Shown here: piece by piece, positions 58,062-64,000 of the stretch
Layout: each line of letters starts with the position of its first letter
How positions within the stretch are numbered: the first letter of the stretch is position 1
Assembly (NCBI GenBank): GCA_044225365.1
Contig: JBGAIQ010000004.1
Span: 128,001-192,000, forward strand
Direction of reading: 5' to 3'
DNA: 64,000 nucleotides
From: Planctomycetota bacterium
GTDB taxonomy: Bacteria > Planctomycetota > B15-G4 > JADJEK01
Translations under genes and position numbers: made by a program
The notes under the pieces: generated by a model
Told to the model about the DNA's origin: nothing
Databases searched by the model: none
The model's input: only the letters and a program-made list of their open reading frames with translations

Positions 58062-60179
58062 ATGAAATCGGGAAAGACTGGACTCCTCGCCGCGGCCGTC
58101 GTCCTGGTCGTGGCGATCGCCTGCGGCTTCTTCGTTCTCCTGTCGGGCAACTCGAACGAGGACGACAAGGTGTCGTCGACTTCGAGCACGGGTTCGGAGA
58201 GGTCCGATTCGAAGGCGCCACTCGAACCGCCGACGGTTCCGAGCGACCCCGCGCGGCGGGCTGCCGAAGAAGGCGAGAAACCGGCACCCCGCGTCGATGC
58301 GCCCAAGCTCGCGGTCGCCAGCGTGCACGGCGTCCTCCTCGATCGCGATTCATCGCAGCCCGTCGCCGCGGCCAAGGTCGTCGCACTTCGGGTCGACGGC
58401 TCTACTCTGGAACGCTTGACGACTCAGAACGGGCGTTTCGAGTTCAAGGACCTCGACGATGGGGAATCGATCGTGATCCACACCGAAGCGCTCGGATTCG
58501 CACCACCGCGCGAGCCGCCGCGGGTGAAAGCGCATCAGGATGGTGGCGAGGACGTCGTCGTTCGCGTCGCGCACGCGATCGTGCTGCGAGGACGACTCCT
58601 CGACGAAGATGGCCGCGGTGTCATGGCACGCCTCGAGATCCGCCGCGGCTCACGGCGCCTGTCCCTCGAGAGCGACGCGAATGGCGCGTTCATGATGAAC
58701 GATCTCGCCGGTCGACTCGGGTTCGACTCCAACCCTCCTGAGGCGCTCGGACAGTTGTGGACGCGCAGCACGACGCATCTCGACGCATTCCGTTCACTGC
58801 GGCGGAGCGAACTCGAGCGTGGCGACGAGATCGAGATCCGACTCACGAAGGGCGGCAGCATCCTCGGGCGCTGCGTCGCGGTCGGCGACGTCCCGTTGAG
58901 GGATCTGAACGTCGTCTGCTACTCGCGTGACAGCTCGCGCTTCGCGTCGATGCGATCGACGCGAACGGATGCCCTCGGAAATTTCCGGTTCGGCGGGCTC
59001 GACGCCGGTGTGTATCGCATCGAGCCCGCTGCGACCACGGACGACCTTGCACCCAACCACCGCTCGATCGAGATCGAGGTGCAAGACGCACGCGAAGTCT
59101 CGGGAGCCGAGTTCATCTATGGACCGGGGTTCTCGATCGGCGGAAGTGTGGTCGATCGCAAGGACGAGTCCCCGCTCCCCGACCGAATCGTACTCCTGAA
59201 TCATGACGACTGGCTCGAACCGCAGTTGACGGTGAGCGACGAGAAGGGAGAATTCCACTTCGGCCCGCTCACCGAGGGGAAGTACACGGTCGTGCTCCGC
59301 GGCATCTCGCTGCGCGACCCCGCAGAGCCGCAGATCATCGAGGTCGCGGCGGGCGTGACCGATATCCGGTTCAAGGTCGACGAACCGCTGCGCGACGGCG
59401 TCCTCGCGTTGAAATTGTACGATGCGGCATCTGGCAAACCGCTGGAGCCGGGAACCGAGGTCTCCCTCCACGTCATCGGGCACGGGGACAACGATCGTCG
59501 CGTGCGTTTCGCCTCGGGCGCGATCTGCGAAGAAGGCGGTGTCGCCGTGCTACGGCGCCTGCGCCGTTGGCGCTACGAAGTCGAGATCATCGTCGGCGGA
59601 TTCGCCACGAAGCGCGTGGAATTCAATGTGACCAAGGAAGCGGAGCGGATCGAACTCGATGTGCCGCTCGTCGTGGGTGTCACGGTGCGCGGTCGCGTGC
59701 TCGACCCTTCCGGCAAGCCGATCGAAGGCGCGCGTGTCGCGAGCTTCCGCAAGGATGCCCTCGATCTCACCCTCACCGACGAGAGCGGTGTCCTGAGTGA
59801 CGTCGATGGCGCGTTCACGCTCGAGCACGTCCCGCTCGAGGAGTCGTACGTCGCCGCGAAGGCAAGTGGTCTCGCTGCCTCACGCGTGGCACTCGAAGCC
59901 GGGAACCGCGACGTCGCCGGCCTCACGCTCCGCCTCTCGCACGGTGTGACGATCTACGGTTACGTACACCACCCGAACGGATACCCCGCGTACCGGTTCT
60001 TGCTCGAACTCACGGGCGCCGTCGCAGCGGAATCGGCGAGCACGGACGATTCGGGACGCTTCGAGTTCGAGGACGTCGAGCCGGGTCCGTTCACGATTCG
60101 CGACGGCGATGGCGCCGTGCTCTACGAGGACACCGTGGGCGAGGAGCCACTCGAGGTCGAACTGGAAGTCCCCGACTGA
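58062..60179 (+). CDS. Membrane-anchored protein with multiple carboxypeptidase-regulatory-like repeats
   Basis: N-terminal TM; repeated G.V.D..G.P and TD..G.F.F..L..G.Y units. Confidence 0.85.
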   Translation: MKSGKTGLLAAAVVLVVAIACGFFVLLSGNSNEDDKVSSTSSTGSERSDSKAPLEPPTVPSDPARRAAEEGEKPAPRVDAPKLAVASVHGVLLDRDSSQPVAAAKVVALRVDGSTLERLTTQNGRFEFKDLDDGESIVIHTEALGFAPPREPPRVKAHQDGGEDVVVRVAHAIVLRGRLLDEDGRGVMARLEIRRGSRRLSLESDANGAFMMNDLAGRLGFDSNPPEALGQLWTRSTTHLDAFRSLRRSELERGDEIEIRLTKGGSILGRCVAVGDVPLRDLNVVCYSRDSSRFASMRSTRTDALGNFRFGGLDAGVYRIEPAATTDDLAPNHRSIEIEVQDAREVSGAEFIYGPGFSIGGSVVDRKDESPLPDRIVLLNHDDWLEPQLTVSDEKGEFHFGPLTEGKYTVVLRGISLRDPAEPQIIEVAAGVTDIRFKVDEPLRDGVLALKLYDAASGKPLEPGTEVSLHVIGHGDNDRRVRFASGAICEEGGVAVLRRLRRWRYEVEIIVGGFATKRVEFNVTKEAERIELDVPLVVGVTVRGRVLDPSGKPIEGARVASFRKDALDLTLTDESGVLSDVDGAFTLEHVPLEESYVAAKASGLAASRVALEAGNRDVAGLTLRLSHGVTIYGYVHHPNGYPAYRFLLELTGAVAAESASTDDSGRFEFEDVEPGPFTIRDGDGAVLYEDTVGEEPLEVELEVPD

Positions 60180-60198
60180 GGACCGACGGCGGGCCGCG

Positions 60199-61209
60199 TC
60201 AGTTCTCGCGCGCCGCGAGCAGACAAGCCTTGATCGCGGATGCGAGAGACTGCGCCTCGGCCGACTCGAACTTGCCGGCACGCAGATCGACGTCGACGAC
60301 GAACACGCCGGGCTTGAAGCCGGACCCTTCGAGCTGATCGCGCAGCGAACTCTCGAGCGGTCGCTTGAACTCGTTCGCCTCCGATCCGTGGCACTTTCCG
60401 CAGTCGAGCTTCAAGTCGCTCTTCACGAACTTGCGGGCGCCTTCGGCGTCGCCCTTCGTCTCGAGTTCGGTCACCTTGGCCACGTCGGCGCGCAGTTCCT
60501 TCAGTTGATCGCGGTACACGCCGAGCGTCTTCGGAACGATGACGGCGGTCCGTAGGTTCTCGGAGAACAGCTCGATCTTCGCGGCTTGATCGTCGAACGC
60601 CTTGATCTTCGGAGCGAGCGGGTCGGATTTCTCCGCCGCGGCTTCGAGATCGCGCCAGCAGTCGGCGAACTCCCACATCAAGTGATGATGCTTCAGGAGC
60701 ACCCACGCCTTCTTGTCGGCGGGCTTCGGCGGCGGCTTGGCGCTCGACATCACCGCGTCGCGCCGCTTGATGACGCCGCCGATGTCCTCGTTCGACGCGT
60801 CGCTGAGGACGACGCCGTCGGGTTTGTCGAACTGCTTCACGAACGGTGCGAAGTCGGCGATCTCCTTCCCATACTCGTCGAACACTCCGGCCTTTCGAAT
60901 GCTGCCGTCGGGAGAGAGACAGGCGCCGACGCGCACGACCTTGCCGCGCCAGGTGAGATCGACGAGGGCGACCTTGTACACCCCGTCGCTGGCCTCGGCC
61001 TGATAACGCCGCAAGCTCTTCACCGAATCCTGCCCGACCGCCGTGCGCGCGATCCACTTCGACTGCGCCGCCGTCGTGAGTTCGGGCAGCGACGAGACTC
61101 GCGATCCGGCCTTGTCGACGAGTCGCTTGATCCGCTCGCCGTCCTTCTCACCGGGAGCCGCGAACAGCATGAGAAGGAAGGCGCCCGCGAGCGCATGTCG
61201 TACGACCAT
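60199..61209 (-). CDS. Exported c-type cytochrome (helical, CxxCH late in the sequence, cytochrome c'-like)
   Basis: Start MVVRHAL with AAGGAG RBS; signal peptide; CGKCH following a helical bundle region. Confidence 0.65.
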   Translation of the reverse strand: MVVRHALAGAFLLMLFAAPGEKDGERIKRLVDKAGSRVSSLPELTTAAQSKWIARTAVGQDSVKSLRRYQAEASDGVYKVALVDLTWRGKVVRVGACLSPDGSIRKAGVFDEYGKEIADFAPFVKQFDKPDGVVLSDASNEDIGGVIKRRDAVMSSAKPPPKPADKKAWVLLKHHHLMWEFADCWRDLEAAAEKSDPLAPKIKAFDDQAAKIELFSENLRTAVIVPKTLGVYRDQLKELRADVAKVTELETKGDAEGARKFVKSDLKLDCGKCHGSEANEFKRPLESSLRDQLEGSGFKPGVFVVDVDLRAGKFESAEAQSLASAIKACLLAAREN

Positions 61210-61239
61210 GGTGACTCCTTGGACCCCGGGGCGGGCCAT

Positions 61240-62508
61240 TCAGCGATTCACATTCGACGTGGCGAGGATATTGCCGAGGACCGTCGAGAACAACGAGCCG
61301 ACGAGACCGATCAGGATGCAGACGATGCCGTCCGTCGATCGCTCGGCGCCGAAGACGTCGCCCACGAGGAGGACGCCCGTGGTGCCGATCAGCACGAGCG
61401 AGACGGTCAGTGCGATCATGAAGATCCGGGTGGCGCCGGGAGCGCACTTGCCGGCGGACGACGCCGGGATCGTGAGGACCGCGTAGATCAACGCGGCCAC
61501 GGCAGGCGGGAAGCCGATCGCCCAACCCAGGATCGCGCCGAACAGCGCCGATGCGAGGATGGCGCCCACGGCGTAGGCCGCGGCGCGCTCCGCCGCGGTG
61601 AGCGCTTGCCGCCCGAACGGATCGGTCGCGAGGAGCAGATTGAAGAACGGGTGAGCGAGCCAGGAGCCGAGCATGAGGAGCACGAAGACGATCTGGAAGA
61701 TGAGCGCGTAATCGTGTCCGCGGTTCGACTTGTCGAGCGCGTCCACCGCGAGCCTCAGGGCGACGTACGAACCACCGAACAGCGCGGTTCGCATACCTCG
61801 TGGCTGGCGCGACATCCACAGCACGTACGTGAGCAAAGGGCGATAGAGCGGATTCTTCGCTTTCATCGCCTCGACGAGCCCGGCGCGCGCCGATTCGAGA
61901 TTCGGATTGCGGCGGAGCGCTTCGCTGAAGTGGAAACGCGCGGCGGCGTATTCCTTGTGTTCGAGCGCGAACCATCCGCGGTTGGAATGCGTGAAGGGGT
62001 CCTCGGGATCGTTGCTGAGCGCTGCGTTCAGGGTCTGCCGCGCTTCGTCGTGGTTTCCAAGTCGTTGAAGCGCGCGCGCCCGGGCGTTCAAGCATTCGCT
62101 CGACTCGGGGTCGAGTTCGAGTCCGCGGTTCGCAGCGTCGAGCGCCTCGTCGTGACGACCGAGCGCGAGGAGGTAGATGCCGTGCAGCCCGTGGTAGTAC
62201 GGAGCACGCGGCGCGAGACGCAGCGCGTCCTCGATCGCGGCGACGGCGATCTTGTAGCGACCGGTCGCCGCGACGCTCGCGGCGAGCGAGAAGTGCGCGA
62301 ACGACGACTGCGGATCGATCGCGATCGCCTGGCGCGCAGCTTCCTCTGCCGACTCGAACTCCTTCTTGCCGGTACGACAGAGTGCGAGCAGAGCAACGGC
62401 ATCGACGTCACCCGGCGCGTCGGCGAGGTGACTGCGCAAGGTCTCGATCGCGGCGTCGTGGCGGCCCTGTTCGTACAAGAGCCGCGCTCGCTCCAGGCTT
62501 CCCGCCAT
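61240..62508 (-). CDS. TPR-repeat protein with C-terminal transmembrane helices
   Basis: About six TPRs (A.AIDP, ALRLAP, GLELDP, ALSNDP, ALRRNP) followed by several hydrophobic segments. Confidence 0.85.
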   Translation of the reverse strand: MAGSLERARLLYEQGRHDAAIETLRSHLADAPGDVDAVALLALCRTGKKEFESAEEAARQAIAIDPQSSFAHFSLAASVAATGRYKIAVAAIEDALRLAPRAPYYHGLHGIYLLALGRHDEALDAANRGLELDPESSECLNARARALQRLGNHDEARQTLNAALSNDPEDPFTHSNRGWFALEHKEYAAARFHFSEALRRNPNLESARAGLVEAMKAKNPLYRPLLTYVLWMSRQPRGMRTALFGGSYVALRLAVDALDKSNRGHDYALIFQIVFVLLMLGSWLAHPFFNLLLATDPFGRQALTAAERAAAYAVGAILASALFGAILGWAIGFPPAVAALIYAVLTIPASSAGKCAPGATRIFMIALTVSLVLIGTTGVLLVGDVFGAERSTDGIVCILIGLVGSLFSTVLGNILATSNVNR

Positions 62509-62514
62509 CTGATC

Positions 62515-63885
62515 TCACATCCCGAGGTAGCGCTTCACGTCGTCGTACTGCCCACCCTGATTCGAATACAGGACGTAGTTCCGCGCGGTCGCGAACCATT
62601 CGCGCGTCGTCGGCTTCACCTTCTTCGCGGCTGCGAGAAGGTCCTTCGTCGTGATCGGCTTCGGCGCGCCCGTCTTCAAGGCGTCGCGGAGCTTGTCCTC
62701 GATCGCGAGGTCGACGACTCCCTTCAGATCCGCCCCGCTGAAGTGCTCCGTGGCCTTCGCAAGCTTGCCGCCGTCGACGGGCTCATGGGGCCTTTCTTTC
62801 AGCAAGACGCGCAGGATCGCGACACGGGCCGCTTCGTCCGGAGGCGGAACGAACAGGATGCGATCGAACCGACCGGGGCGCCGGAACGCCGAATCGAGAT
62901 GCCACGGCGCGTTCGTCGCCGCGAGCACGAGCACGCCGTCGTTGTCGCCGCGTGCGCCATCGAGTTCGTCGAGGAATTGATTCACGAGCGTGCGCATCCC
63001 GCTGTGGCGCAAGTCGCCGCGATTCGACGCGAGCGCATCCACTTCGTCGAAGAAGAGCACGAACGGCTTGCTGCGGCGTGCCTGGTCGAACAGTTCGTGG
63101 AGCTGCTTCTCGCTGTTGCCGATCCACATGTCGAGGACGTCGGACAGGCCCACCGCGAAGAAGCCCGCCTTCACCTGACCCGCCGTCGCGCGCGCGAGAT
63201 GCGTCTTGCCGCAACCCGGCGGTCCGTAGAGAAGGATGCCGCCCCCCGTCTTCTTGCCGTAGGCTTTGAAGAGTTCGGGATTGAGCAACGGCTGGATGAC
63301 CTTGATGTCGATCTCGGCCTTGACCTCGTCCATGCCGCCGACGGCGGAGAAGTCGATATCGGGTCGTTCGACCTCGATCTCGGCGTCGGCGTTCCCGTCG
63401 CTGCCGTCCGTGCCCATCGCCATCGCCTCGCCCGCCCCACCGGGATCGCGGAGGAGGAGTCGCTCGAGGTCGGGGTCCTTCGCGGCGGGATCGAGTTCGA
63501 CGGCTTCGCGATAGTGATGAGCCGCTCCGGTCGAATCGCCGCCGCGATACTTGATGCGTGCGAGCAAGCGATGTGCGGTCGCCGGCACGTTGCCCTTCGC
63601 GAGCACGCTCTCCAGCACGACGAGGGCGTGCGAGTCGCGTCCGAGGTCCGCGTAACAGGTCGCGAGTGCCACCTTGAGATCGGCGTCGTCGGGGGTCAGC
63701 TTCAGCGCTTCACGGAATTGCTCGAGAGCCTCGTCCCTCTTCTCCTCCCTCACCAGCATCTCCGCGAAATGGCGGCGCAACTGTGCGTTGCCCGGCATCG
63801 CCTTCACGGCATCGCCGAGGATTCGCAAGGTCTCGTCCATGCCGCCCTTTCCCCTGTCGTTGCCGTCCTTGGTGTCGTCGCTCAA
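62515..63885 (-). CDS. TPR-fused classic-clade AAA ATPase
   Basis: TTG start with AGGAG RBS; N-terminal TPRs; GILLYGPPGCGKT, MWIG pore loop, LFFDEVD, ATNAP...AFRRPGRFDR. Confidence 0.92.
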   Translation of the reverse strand: MSDDTKDGNDRGKGGMDETLRILGDAVKAMPGNAQLRRHFAEMLVREEKRDEALEQFREALKLTPDDADLKVALATCYADLGRDSHALVVLESVLAKGNVPATAHRLLARIKYRGGDSTGAAHHYREAVELDPAAKDPDLERLLLRDPGGAGEAMAMGTDGSDGNADAEIEVERPDIDFSAVGGMDEVKAEIDIKVIQPLLNPELFKAYGKKTGGGILLYGPPGCGKTHLARATAGQVKAGFFAVGLSDVLDMWIGNSEKQLHELFDQARRSKPFVLFFDEVDALASNRGDLRHSGMRTLVNQFLDELDGARGDNDGVLVLAATNAPWHLDSAFRRPGRFDRILFVPPPDEAARVAILRVLLKERPHEPVDGGKLAKATEHFSGADLKGVVDLAIEDKLRDALKTGAPKPITTKDLLAAAKKVKPTTREWFATARNYVLYSNQGGQYDDVKRYLGM

Positions 63886-64000
63886 CGGTGAAACTCCTGT
63901 TCAGTCGCGCCCCCCGAGTATAGAACGAAGGGATGACCAGCCCACAATCTTCGCAATCCGCGAACTTGCCCTGCACCCGCGATCTCACCCTGCGCTTCGC

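Noticed and set aside
60586-63891. 1101-aa plus-strand ORF and similar long antisense ORFs (25750..28005, 32170..34959, 29964..32048)
   Set aside because: They are antisense to well-supported genes, with Arg-rich composition and no motifs.

Overview
GC-rich bacterial DNA, probably Planctomycetota or another PVC-type host. This is inferred from a PSCyt/PSD1 + DUF1501 pair, an ECF sigma factor with a long exported extension and a kinase-FGE fusion. The left half (1-31.8 kb, minus strand) carries a non-flagellar type III secretion system. In transcription order it runs: TPR lipoprotein, YscE-like, sctF, TPR chaperone, hypothetical, sctI, sctJ, sctK-like, sctL, [RAYT + REPs], sctN, sctO, sctP, sctQ, fliO-like, sctR, sctS, sctT, then about 14.7 kb of unrelated genes including a giant poly-HAMP hybrid kinase, then sctU, a DUF1521/MIIA-like protein and sctV, which runs off the left edge. 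No secretin, SctD or flagellar structural genes are visible in the window. Four points stand out. (1) The GDPH self-cleaving-type protein ends in the same C-terminal helix as the needle subunit. (2) A GCAAC-N14/15-[9-nt box] promoter-like motif recurs upstream of four T3SS genes and a HEAT-repeat gene. (3) The system retains a FliO-like gene. (4) A RAYT transposase with five GTAG REPs sits inside the operon. The right half holds exported-protein, signalling and housekeeping genes. All calls come from motif reading and synteny; no database searches were run.
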